A stretch of DNA of 63,992 nt, filler included, from Stramenopiles sp. TOSAG23-6 (Eukaryota), in the NCBI GenBank assembly GCA_900128565.1. It is 5 parts of 5 records of this genome, joined end to end, with 100 filler letters (N's around TTAATTAATTAA, not from the genome) between each part and the next. Parts side by side here need not be neighbours in the genome. Positions count along the whole stretch, not along the records: positions 26,174 to 39,151 come from LT636182.1; 4 more parts are not named here. The stretch is one strand, 5' to 3'. Under the pieces are notes generated by a model. It ran no database searches, had not been told where the DNA came from, and saw only the letters and a program-made list of their open reading frames with translations. Shown here one piece after another: positions 26,291-36,262 of this stretch (within the stretch, counting starts at the first letter, position 1; every line of letters starts with the position of its first letter). A program made the translations under genes and the position numbers.

Positions 26291-27338
26291 ATGTATAACT
26301 GAAGAGATTCCTTTGTATTATTTAATTGAGCCTCCAATGTATTCAAAGCATGATCAGGGCTTGTGTACATTGTCATTGTTGATTTGGCTTGAATAGTTTT
26401 TGGTACGGGTGTAATATATTTTCGATTCTTGTTACGTGTATATATATTGGACAAAATATTTTTTTTTTTGTAAAAATTCGTTAGGTACGGAATTTTCTAT
26501 GAAAAACAAATATTGAAATTCATAATGAAAACATATCTACTGGAATAACAACTTTTCGTGTTTCCTTGGAAGAAATGATTTCTCGTTCACTAGATGTATA
26601 ATTTGATGCATCTGGTGTAAATGGCGTAGCAGCAGCCCAATCGGATTCAAATACTGAAGTTAAAAAGTCTAAAACTGGAGCAGCATCACCAGAAATGAGC
26701 ATTCCTGCTTCTCGATCATTCATTATTGAATTTTTTGACCAGTTGATACTGCTTACGCTCGCCTTTGATGTATCAAGACCCGTATCCATTTGCATATATT
26801 TGGCATGCATGAATGTCGTAGATGTATAATAACGTACTTCAACACCAGCAAGAGCTAAAAATGTTATTGGGTCAATCATTCCATCACATACATCAGTTTC
26901 ATAATTATTAGTCAAGATGCGGATTTTTACACCACGATGTACAGCATTTAACAAAGATTGAAACATTGGGAATGCTTCTTCAGATTGATTAGATACAGTA
27001 CATCCATAGCATTTTTGATTGTATCCGGTGCATCCTGACCAACTTGTGAGTCCTGGAGTTCCGACATCCAAAGTTTTTTTAGCTTCAGCAATAAATGTAG
27101 TTTCCACGGCTGCAGAGTGATCAGGCGAAAAGAAAGGCGTTAAAGAAAGTTCTTTACCTTTGATGGTTACAGGTGCGAATGAAACAGTGTACGGCTTAGT
27201 CTGGTGGTCAAATTTTGGTTCTTCTGTTCCGTCACCAAAAGTTTGATTCATGCGAATTATCGGACGATTTGTTGATGCGGCGACTGCTGCAACAAACAAT
27301 AGAGCAAATGACGAAATAAGTATTGCATATACTTGCAT
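26291..27338 (-). CDS. Secreted phospholipase D-superfamily protein (3'-truncated)
   Basis: Signal peptide MQVYAILISSFALLFVAAVAA; HxKxxxxD motif HAKYMQMD..SSINWS..DREAG. Introns at 26442-26536 and from 26290. Confidence 0.82.
26442..26536 (-). mobile_element. Introner-family intron, AT-AT
   Basis: AG|ATATGT..TACCTAAC..CCAATATAT|AT joins VIPVDTRNK in frame. Confidence 0.7.
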
Positions 27339-27772
27339 TATAAACAGTATTGGCGGTAAAAGAGATTTGCTAATATTTGTGTATGCGAAACAAGAGAGAA
27401 TTTGATTGAACTTGACTTGGCACTCGACTGAAGCTGAGCTAGTGGTTGTATTTTTTTTGGAATCCATCACTTTTGTTTTGACTTTTTTGATTTTTCATCA
27501 AATCATCAAATTTGACATTTTTTTGATGCCTCTGAATTAATTCGAAAATGTCAATTTTCGAGATTTCGATTTTTATTTTTATTTCGTCCTCTTCAAACAT
27601 TCTTAGATGTCGTGTTTTGAATTTAATTTCAAGTGAGAGAGCAACAAAAAACAATAGATTCATGTTACATATCTATGGATTTGTTATGTAAATTGATAGA
27701 GAAATAGAAATAAAAGCAATTCTAATTTCTAGATAAAAAACCGATATAATTTATTTTAATAATAAATGTTGT

Positions 27773-29254
27773 TTATATTTGTTTTAATCCTTTCTTGTTA
27801 CAGAATAAATTACCACGAAATTGATTTTGAAATTTGAAGTCATTAGTATTAGTTATCCCGTATTTTTGTATAGGTGCATTTAATATTTTTCTTTTTCTAC
27901 TTTTGCTACAGAGTGTTTTTTGCTTTGATTTTCCAAAAAGACCAACACCAACACCTTCAGTTTTATTTGTATTATTTGAATTTTGAGACGACATTTGATT
28001 ACAGTTTAAAGTGAAAATGTCATTTAGATTATCTATCTCATTTTGATATCGAATTTTATCTTGTTTGTGTTTCTTATCGTAATCTTTTTTATTCTCCTCG
28101 GAAAGATTGTTCCATTGCCTCACCACCTCCTGGCATACTTGAGGAAAAGTCATTTTTGGATATTGCTTTTTAATTTTGCAAAAATTATCCTTCTTAAAGA
28201 AACTATACCCTGACCTGGGTTTCGTTATGCTCTGTTGTAAGATCCAGATTTCTGAATGTTGATTTTCATTATGTTTTGGTAATACGTTTTTGCGATTTTC
28301 TGGAAGACCATTTAAGACATTTTCAATCGGTTTTTTTAGCTCATTTTGATATCGAATTTTATCTTGTTTGTTTTTTATTTGTCGCAAAAATTTTTCATAG
28401 AATTCAAAGTTGATTTTTTTTCGTCTAATATATTTAACGTCAAGTAAAGCTTTACCTTTACAATTGTCCAAAGTTTCCAATGGTACATCCTCCTGTTCTG
28501 CTAGATTCTTCAAATCATTATTTGAAGATGTAGTGGCGAGTTTTCCTTGATATGCCAATGATAATATGTTAATGTAATCATCTAAAGAAATGTTTTTTGA
28601 GAAAATCCAAATAATTCTTTTTTTGGCATCCACCTTTATTGTCGACTCCAGTTTATACAACTTCTTTTGTTCCGGACATGTGTTTACATTCTTAATAGCA
28701 GCATATAGTCTTGATTTATAAATCGTATTAAGGAAAGCGGTTTTACCTGATATAAACCCAGAAGAGCAATAGTCTTTGTATTCTTTGACGATAGATTCAT
28801 GTACTTCTTTGGTATATTTAGAGTTGGTCGACGAATGAAATGGAAAATTAAAAGCACGATGGTCATCCAAGAAACGACCAACGCCATTTATAAGCTTTAG
28901 TTCTGGGTCATCATATTCATACTGTCCGACCTTGGCAAGTGTTCCGAAACGTAAATAATGTTTTCTAGTTGTTGTGTTAGGGATAATTACCTTAATGTCT
29001 TCCCATGTAACATGTATTTGCTCGGTTAAATCATCTCTCAATGTTGCTGAGAAAGAAACTTTGGTAGAATCACCACCTGGCACATAAACGTTATTAAAAC
29101 TATTTAATATAATTTCAGAAATAGCAAACATATACTCTGGTGTTTCTTCCCCTTGCCGAATGTCTTTAATGTTGAAGAACGGCAACAACATTTCAAGGTT
29201 TACAATAAGTGGTCCAAATCGATCACAGAATGGTGTTGGAGAAACGTTGCTCAT
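27773..29254 (-). CDS. HMG-box protein
   Basis: PRSGYSFF..IKKQYPKMTFPQVCQEVVRQWNNLSEENKKDY..DKIRYQNE is an HMG box; the N-terminal region is unrecognised. Confidence 0.75.
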   Translation of the reverse strand: MSNVSPTPFCDRFGPLIVNLEMLLPFFNIKDIRQGEETPEYMFAISEIILNSFNNVYVPGGDSTKVSFSATLRDDLTEQIHVTWEDIKVIIPNTTTRKHYLRFGTLAKVGQYEYDDPELKLINGVGRFLDDHRAFNFPFHSSTNSKYTKEVHESIVKEYKDYCSSGFISGKTAFLNTIYKSRLYAAIKNVNTCPEQKKLYKLESTIKVDAKKRIIWIFSKNISLDDYINILSLAYQGKLATTSSNNDLKNLAEQEDVPLETLDNCKGKALLDVKYIRRKKINFEFYEKFLRQIKNKQDKIRYQNELKKPIENVLNGLPENRKNVLPKHNENQHSEIWILQQSITKPRSGYSFFKKDNFCKIKKQYPKMTFPQVCQEVVRQWNNLSEENKKDYDKKHKQDKIRYQNEIDNLNDIFTLNCNQMSSQNSNNTNKTEGVGVGLFGKSKQKTLCSKSRKRKILNAPIQKYGITNTNDFKFQNQFRGNLFCNKKGLKQI

Positions 29255-29684
29255 TCTATCAAGGGAATGATAATGGCGAAAGATTTTAGCAATGCCTTCG
29301 AATAGCTACACGTAAGTGTACGTTTTTCTACCTCTCAAAAACCACAAATAAATATTTTCTTCTGCGCAATTGGACAGGTTTGCGCCACCAAATTTTGACA
29401 ATTTGAAATCTCGATCAAGATTAACAATTACTTTACTTCCTCTACTAGTACGTAGTAGCGAATAATAGAGTTCAATATTTACTTTCAAAACTTACGCAGT
29501 GGTGATTAACAATGACTTCTTCTCATTACAATTTTCCTGATGTTGAAGGAACGGTACGCGCCCCGACTAAATCGGCTGGGCAAAATAAAAAGCAATTCTA
29601 ATTTCTAGATAAAAAAACGATATAATTTTTTTTTATTCCTTCAAACTCAATTTAAAATTATTGAAAACAAATAGAAACAATGAT

Positions 29685-29764
29685 AAACCTCGGATGTGTC
29701 AACTGTACACCAGCCAGCATATTTGCCAGTTTCAATGGTACACGGCGTCATTATTCAAAGGTTT
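29685..29764 (-). promoter_or_regulatory. Type II eukaryotic SECIS element
   Basis: Helix I AAACCUU/GAGGUUU; AUGA..GA core; helix II GCCGUGUACCA/UGGUGUACAGU; unpaired AAA; apical ministem CUGGCA/UGCUGG. Starts ~50 nt after the DsrE stop codon. Confidence 0.85.
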
Positions 29765-29814
29765 TTATGTTGTTATAAATTGAATTCAAATTTAAAGGAA
29801 CGATTTTTGTTCGT

Positions 29815-30174
29815 TTACATCGTGACAACTTTGTCGGCACTAGCAATAATTTTTGCTCCTTCAACGGCCGACACCATTTTCCCATTACGGGTAGTCATAA
29901 GCTCAATGCCCTTTTTCCGAGCATCAGCACAGAACTGTCAGATGTACCATTTTGCTGATTTCATAATGTCAGCTCCAAGAATATCTTGTATTGGTGGAAG
30001 TCCAAAACCGTTGATATTTTTCATAATCTCACAGTCAATCACGGAACCTGCCTCGCCCATCATTAAGAAATCAACTTCGTGGCCGTTCTTGAGCATACCA
30101 AAGCCAGCAAGGACAGCCAATTCACATTTAAGTGGGTCGTTTGTCCCGTTAGTCATTATCACGCAAACTTTCAT
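29815..30174 (-). CDS. DsrE/DsrF-like protein with in-frame UGA (Sec79) in a UxxC motif; candidate selenoprotein, 119 aa
   Basis: MKVCVIMTNG..GHEVDFLMMGEAG..WYI-UGA-QFCADARKKG..IIASADKVVTM*. The DsrE-like pattern continues past the UGA at 29938-29940, and a SECIS follows. Confidence 0.85.
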
Positions 30175-30512
30175 GGTGTTTGTTTGTTTGTTTTTGGTGC
30201 GAAGAAGAATGGTGCGGTGGTGCGTTTGAGTTCTTGTTGAGCAAAAAAAAAAAAGATTTATGCGAGAGAGAAGCAATATCTTTTTGATTTTTTTTGGTAC
30301 AAACTTTCGTACCATTTTTTTTTTTTTTTGAAACCGAAACCGATATCTGATGGTAGCAAATTACGACCGAAAGACCTCGACCTTTAGTCATTTAATCATT
30401 TAATCATTAAATCATTTGAGGCGAGTCGAGGCTACAGTAAGTTAGTGACCTACTGCTACGTACGATTATTGATCATCAAGACTTGGTATCAAAAACTATA
30501 CTTTACAATTTG

Positions 30513-31606
30513 ATGGTGAATTCAATTTTTATTAAGTCTTTGGAGAAGCAATACTGGAAGTGTAAAGTTTGTACATTGGAAAACAAAGGCTTTTCCTCGA
30601 TCTGCAAGATTTGTTATTCAAAACGCAAGTTTTCACATAAAGTCGAGAATAATCAACCTAGAAAAAAAAGACGTGTCAACCATGATAGTACTAGGTTTGT
30701 AAAGTGTCCCATTTGTCAAAAACGTTTTCACAAAGCACTCATTCAGAGTCATGCCAATAGTTGTACGCTGCCGCATAAAATCGATACAAAACCAATATTG
30801 TTACCAAAGTGTGAATCAACATTTTCAGAGACATCGAAAACTGTAGTAGCTGCATTGATGGGTAAAAAACAAAAAGTTGCACCAGTCAAAGGTTTAAGTG
30901 GTGTACATTTATTCTTAGACTTTATTAGTAAATCTGAAGAAGAAACTCTACTAGAAAAAATCAACTCTTCAGAACCCCGTTGGAGAAAGTCACGTTGGAA
31001 TGGGAAGCATCTCGTAAAATCATGGGGTATACGAATTGACGTTGTAAACAGATGTGTTGGACCTGCTGAGAAACCTATACCTGATTTTCTAGATACAGTC
31101 ATTAAACGTATGGGAAGTGGGGATTATTTGCCTTTATCAGGTTTCAAACCAAATGAGTGTAATGCAAATTGTTATAGAAAAAATTTAGGAGAATATATTG
31201 GTGCTCATATTGATGATCGACATTTAAGTGGTGAATTGTTGGCTAACTTAAGTCTTGGATCTGATGCGTATATGCTTTATCAACATGAGTATTCAAACGA
31301 TAAAGTTGTTAAAGTTTTCCTTCCACGTCGTTCTTTACAGATGTATGTTTTTTATTTTTTTTCAAATTCGAATTTTTTTTTCGTACGAAATTTTGTACCT
31401 AACGATTTTCTTTTTGAAATATTTTTTCATCATACATTGTTTCGGGTGATGCAAGGTGGAACTATACACATGAAATTCCGAATCGATTTATTTTAGATAG
31501 CCGAAGAATTTCAGTAACTTTTCGTGGTCAAGGAATTGTTCATGGTAATCGAAGGCCTCCTATGTTTGGTATACCATCTCCAAAAAATAAACAATATATT
31601 TTATAA
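30513..31606 (+). CDS. AlkB-family 2OG-Fe(II) dioxygenase with RanBP2-type and UBZ-type zinc fingers
   Basis: WKCKVCTLEN..CKIC; CPICQ..HANSC; NCY..IGAHIDD; LSLGSD; PRRSLQIVSGDARWNYTHEI..RRISVTFR after removing 31343-31437. Confidence 0.87.
31343..31437 (+). mobile_element. Introner-family intron, GT-AT
   Basis: AT|GTATGT..TTCGTACGAAATTTTGTACCTAAC..CATACAT|T. The next AG would delete the conserved VSGDAR. Confidence 0.85.
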
Positions 31607-31643
31607 AAAAATCCAAAAAAAAATAAACAATACATTTTATGTA

Positions 31644-31730
31644 TTATTAGTACCGTGTGAAAAAATGCATTATTAGTACCGTGTGAAAAGAAATAAAGAA
31701 TATATTTTATACCTTATTAGTACCGTGTGA
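31644..31730 (+). repeat. Three copies of TTATTAGTACCGTGTGA
   Basis: Copies at 31644, 31670 and 31714, between convergent genes. Confidence 0.85.
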
Positions 31731-31903
31731 TGAAAAAAAAATAAACAATACTATATTTTATACATTAGATATGTATCGTTTTTTTTTTTTAAATTATAAA
31801 AAATTACCTCAATAAAATATAGATATTTTTATGTTTATTAAATTATAAGAAATGCATAGAGATAAAATTATAAAAAATGTATAAAGATAACTTTACACTG
31901 TCA

Positions 31904-33182
31904 TTAAATAGATTTCATGGATACATCGTCAGGTAAAATTTGTATCGAGTCATTTGGATACCATTTTTTTGTTGATCTACGTTGAAGCCAATTATGTGTT
32001 GATTTACTTTGAAGCCAATTATTCAAATATAAAGAAAGCCATTGACGAACAATAAATATTACACTAGACCATAATATTATTAACAAAACTGGTAAAAACA
32101 TTGCACGTGATGTTACCGCAGCTACGAGAAAACTTGGAACTGAATCATGTATTGTGAAAAATATATTTGAACTTTGAACTTTGTTCAATATTTTTTACGA
32201 AAAAAAAAAACAAAAGAAAAAAAAAAATGAAATTTCAACGTAGAAAAAAACATACTACTTTACGTTGTGTACTTGCTAAAATCTCAGTAAATAATTCCCC
32301 AGACTGTGATACTAAGAAACATCCTGGAAATAAGCCTATAATAGTGCTAATAAAAAATTGTTTAAATGTCACATCAACAACTATTGGTATGGCATTATTG
32401 ATAAACCATTTAGGAATAAATGGTGTAATTCGAAATAAAGCAAGTGTCATGACAATACTGCATGGTGATTCTTTTTCTAATGTTTTCTTAAATCGCTTTG
32501 TAAGCCAAAATTGTTCGGCCTTTAATTTAAACTCATCGCCACTGACAGAACGTGTTATCCAAAATCCTGCACATGAACCAACCAACACACCTACAGATGA
32601 TATTGAAACGGCAAAAGGTTGCTGAAAAAGCATTCCTGCTGATAACGCAAGCAAAGTTGCTCCAGGAATTATAAATGCTATTGCGGCACTATATAGAATA
32701 AAAAATGTTACTGCGGCAAATATAAAGTTTTCCTCTCCCCATCGTTTTAGAAAAGTATGATACGTTTTCAATGTTTCGAATGATAGAATATTTCCACTCC
32801 CAGACAGTAAATAGACAACAAGGGTACATATAGTTGTAAGACATATATAATACAATAAAACGCCATCTCTACTAGTATTGCTCTCTCGAGTTTCAGACGT
32901 TGATGGATGTTGCTTCTCTTTATCAAGCGACACTTTTCTAAGGCTTGATCTTCTTGTTGGACTAGTCAGTGAAGTAGAACGTGGCCTGCTTTTGTGTTTG
33001 ATATAGTCACATCCAGTTGTTATATAGTCACAACCAGTTGTTGAGATATTCGCACCATTGACTCCTCTAACAGTGTTGACTAAAACTGATATTGAATTTG
33101 CACCACTATTTTGTAGTTTTTTACTAAGATAGTTTATTCGAGGTACTTTTCTACTAAAGATGTTGATCAAATCTGGAAGCAT
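31904..33182 (-). CDS. VTT/SNARE-associated (TMEM41/TVP38-like) membrane protein
   Basis: IPGATLLALSAG, FRITPFIPKWFIN and FFISTIIGLFPG motifs; one family intron. Confidence 0.85.
32147..32255 (-). mobile_element. Introner-family intron, GT-AT (degenerate branch motif)
   Basis: GTA|GTATGT..CACAATACAT|GAT, in frame. Confidence 0.7.
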
Positions 33183-33480
33183 TTTAGGTGATTAGAAGTT
33201 AATCGCATCCAGAGATATTGGATTGTGTTTTTATTTGCGAGACAAAATAGAAGAAATTGACGAAAAAATGCTATTTTTAAAAAAGTTTTGACATTTTATT
33301 AGTAACTGCTTTTTTCTGACCTCACATTTTTTTTGGAAATTTCGTGTTTTGATGAAGCGCACGTGTCAACACTCACATTCTTGTTACACTTGGCCAACAA
33401 AATAGTCGTTCTAATTGTAAGAACTTCAAATAAAATCTCTCACCATACATTGATTTTCAAAACACTACCACCTTTATCAA

Positions 33481-34437
33481 ATGATTTCTCGTATTTTACC
33501 CCGTATCGTGCGTTGTAGCTCTGTCTTTGTACCAAGAGTCGCTTCCGGTTGGACTTACTCAGCTAATACGATGCGCGCGTCATCTTTACTATCACCTAAT
33601 AACTTTTATAGAACAACTTCTTCTTCAGTAGAACCAATTTCTATAGCACATGGACTCGTAGAACAAGGTATGGGACATTTCAAGGGTGAGCGATATATTC
33701 AGGCTGAAGATTGTTTCCGTAAAAGTTTACTCGTATTACAAGACTTATGTGCAACTGAGGTTGATGAAAAGTCATCGCTACTAGAATCAGCGAGTCTCCT
33801 TAACTTAGCCAGCTGCTTACGAGAACGATTTCGCTCTACACGTGAAGCTAATGTTGGTAAAGAAGCATGTGATATGTTTACAGCTGCTACAAAATGTGTG
33901 AAGCGTGTTTTTGGTGAAGGGCATATTAGAGTATCCAAAACACTTCGAGAAAAGGCAATTATGCTAGAATTGTTGGGAGATAGAAACGAAGATGTAGAAG
34001 AAGTGATTCGTCAAGCACTTGCTATTCGAAGTCATTGGAGTACAACTAATAATTCAACTGAACCAATATCGCTCGATGCAAGTGAAAGAATTTCAATGAT
34101 GATTTCGTTAGCTAAAGCTTGTGCAGCACAGGGAAAAATAGAGAAAGTATTAGAATTGGATTCAATAATTGTAGACTGTCTTGCGGTAATTGAAGCTCAA
34201 GCAAAAGATGGAGATAATACAGAGATATTCATTAGTTCATTGAAAAATGTTCAAACGTTTAAAAAGATCAGTGGTCAATCTACAGACAGTGTAGACGCAA
34301 TGCTGAACATGTTTTCGGCAGCCGTTGACGGCCTTGGAGATGTTTCTTCACCTCCAAGTGATGGTGACGGAAACACTTATTGGAGGAACAACATGAAAAA
34401 GAAACATAAAAGATTAAATGGGGCTCATGTAAAATAA
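33481..34437 (+). CDS. TPR-repeat protein, probable mitochondrial presequence
   Basis: TPR-like helices (AEDCFRKSL, LLNLASCL, VFGEGHIRVSKTL, RQALAIR); Arg/Ser-rich N-terminus. Confidence 0.7.
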   Translation: MISRILPRIVRCSSVFVPRVASGWTYSANTMRASSLLSPNNFYRTTSSSVEPISIAHGLVEQGMGHFKGERYIQAEDCFRKSLLVLQDLCATEVDEKSSLLESASLLNLASCLRERFRSTREANVGKEACDMFTAATKCVKRVFGEGHIRVSKTLREKAIMLELLGDRNEDVEEVIRQALAIRSHWSTTNNSTEPISLDASERISMMISLAKACAAQGKIEKVLELDSIIVDCLAVIEAQAKDGDNTEIFISSLKNVQTFKKISGQSTDSVDAMLNMFSAAVDGLGDVSSPPSDGDGNTYWRNNMKKKHKRLNGAHVK

Positions 34438-34571
34438 ACTTATTCTTGCTATAAATGTATTTTTGTTCTTGTTATAAATATATTTTTGTTCTTGTTATGA
34501 ATATATTTTTTGTAATAAAAATAAATAAACAAACGAAATAAGAATATATTGATGAAAATGACAAATTTATT

Positions 34572-35880
34572 TTATATCATTTCAATACCTGAATGAGTTA
34601 AAGGTCCATATATTGGATGCAGGAAAGCATGCATATTATGCATTATGATTTTTTGTTCAGTATAAGATTTAGAGACCCACCCTGCACGAGAACCATTCAT
34701 ACGATGTGACCAATGCGCTGCAGCCCATTGGAGGCCAGCTTCCATGTATGTGTCGAACAAACCTAACGATATTTGTGTACCACTTAATTGCATATTTACA
34801 CGATATTTTGTTTTTCGGTTTTTTCGTTTCTCACGAGTAACTCCTATAATCCCATCATGTGAACGTTTACGTAATCCCTCTCTTTTCAGATTGTCTGCTT
34901 TTCCTTCCATTTCTTGATAGACTTTAGCTTGTTTATCTGATGACATTCCATTCCATACTTCCTAAAATGTGGAAATATATAGTACATGAATATAGTAAAT
35001 TAGTTTGAATATATAATAAAAAAATGGGTAATATATATATATGTACATGTTTGTTATGAATACTTACCTCTGTGTTTTTTTCTGATTGAATCAACCAATG
35101 AAAACGCAATTTCGCATTAATTGCATCTTTTTTTTTTTTGAAACCTAAATTTTTGTATTTGCTTCTATACTTATTAGGCGGTTGGAACATCCACTGACAT
35201 TTCAACTTGTTATAATATATACCCGTTTCAATTACTTCAATCTTTTCGCCAAATTCCTTTGAAACAACTTTTCCCTTTGGAAGAATCAGTCCAGTATACC
35301 GATCAATCTGTTTAGTATTTCTCCACTGCTCCGTTCTCAACCATCGTAAAGTTTCAGGTACTGTATAATCATTTGTTTTTCTTTTCTTATAAGATGATGA
35401 ACTACTACTACTACTATTTGTAATTTTAATATCCATTTGCAACGTATCCCGTTCATCATCATCTTCTTCTTCACTATATGCTTCTTCGATATCATTCCAT
35501 GTATTTTTAGATTTAGATTTTCGATTTTTCTTTTGAATACTATCACCCCAAACATCATACTCTAATTTATCAACAGAATAGTTAACTACTTTTTTAGTTC
35601 GCCGACTTCGTCGTAAAGTTTGACCTGAAATATCTTGTATTTTTCGTTTCTTTCCACATCTCGTATTTTTAGGTTTAGGTTTTGAAATATTCAATGCTTC
35701 TTTTGCTTCCAATAATCCAAGTGATCGTAACATTTCATCATTTGCAGCAATATTGAGTAGACGTNGCTTTTCGTATTCAGATAAAGTTGAATTATCTTTT
35801 GGTTTTTCAATTGTATTTTCATCAGACAAATTACCATTATTAGACCGCTTTGCCATACGACTCTGACTACTTGAAGTCAT
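34572..35880 (-). CDS. Putative DNA-binding protein with AP2-like domains; canonical intron 34962-35067
   Basis: LSEYEKxRLLNIAANDEMLRSLGL motif; GIYYNK..QW..LG and GVTR..KYRVNM..ISLGLFDT..EA patterns; AG|GTAAGT..ACTAAT..TTTTAG intron. Confidence 0.6.
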
Positions 35881-36262
35881 TGACGTCGTAAGTAATAGAG
35901 GTTGACTTTTAGCTAGACCCAGCGAGCCAAAACAACAACCACGACCAGCAACAATATTATTGGCTCGCTCGCTGTGGTCACTGGTCAAAAAATAATAATA
36001 ATCTCCGATTTTTCGATTTTGCCGATTTTTCGATTTTGAGTTTGGAAAAAAAATCTCCCGCATATTATTTTGAAAAAATATCGAAATTACATAATTATAA
36101 AATGTAAATTTTTATTCATTTTTATTCATTCTTAATCGAATGATATTCTAACCCTAAAACCTAACTCTTCATAGAAAAATAAATTTATTTTTAAAGATGC
36201 TCTTAAACTCAATTAAAATTAAGAAAATCAATATTTGTACCAAATTTTAAATTAATACATTT

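Noticed and set aside
29938-29940. Genome-wide UGA reassignment
   Set aside because: UGA appears to end other ORFs (e.g. 4629, 49744), and Trp and Cys use standard codons. A local SECIS explains this case.
31644-31730. CRISPR array (also considered for 36300-37260)
   Set aside because: Eukaryotic context; repeats too short with irregular spacers. The 84-bp array is coding ankyrin sequence.
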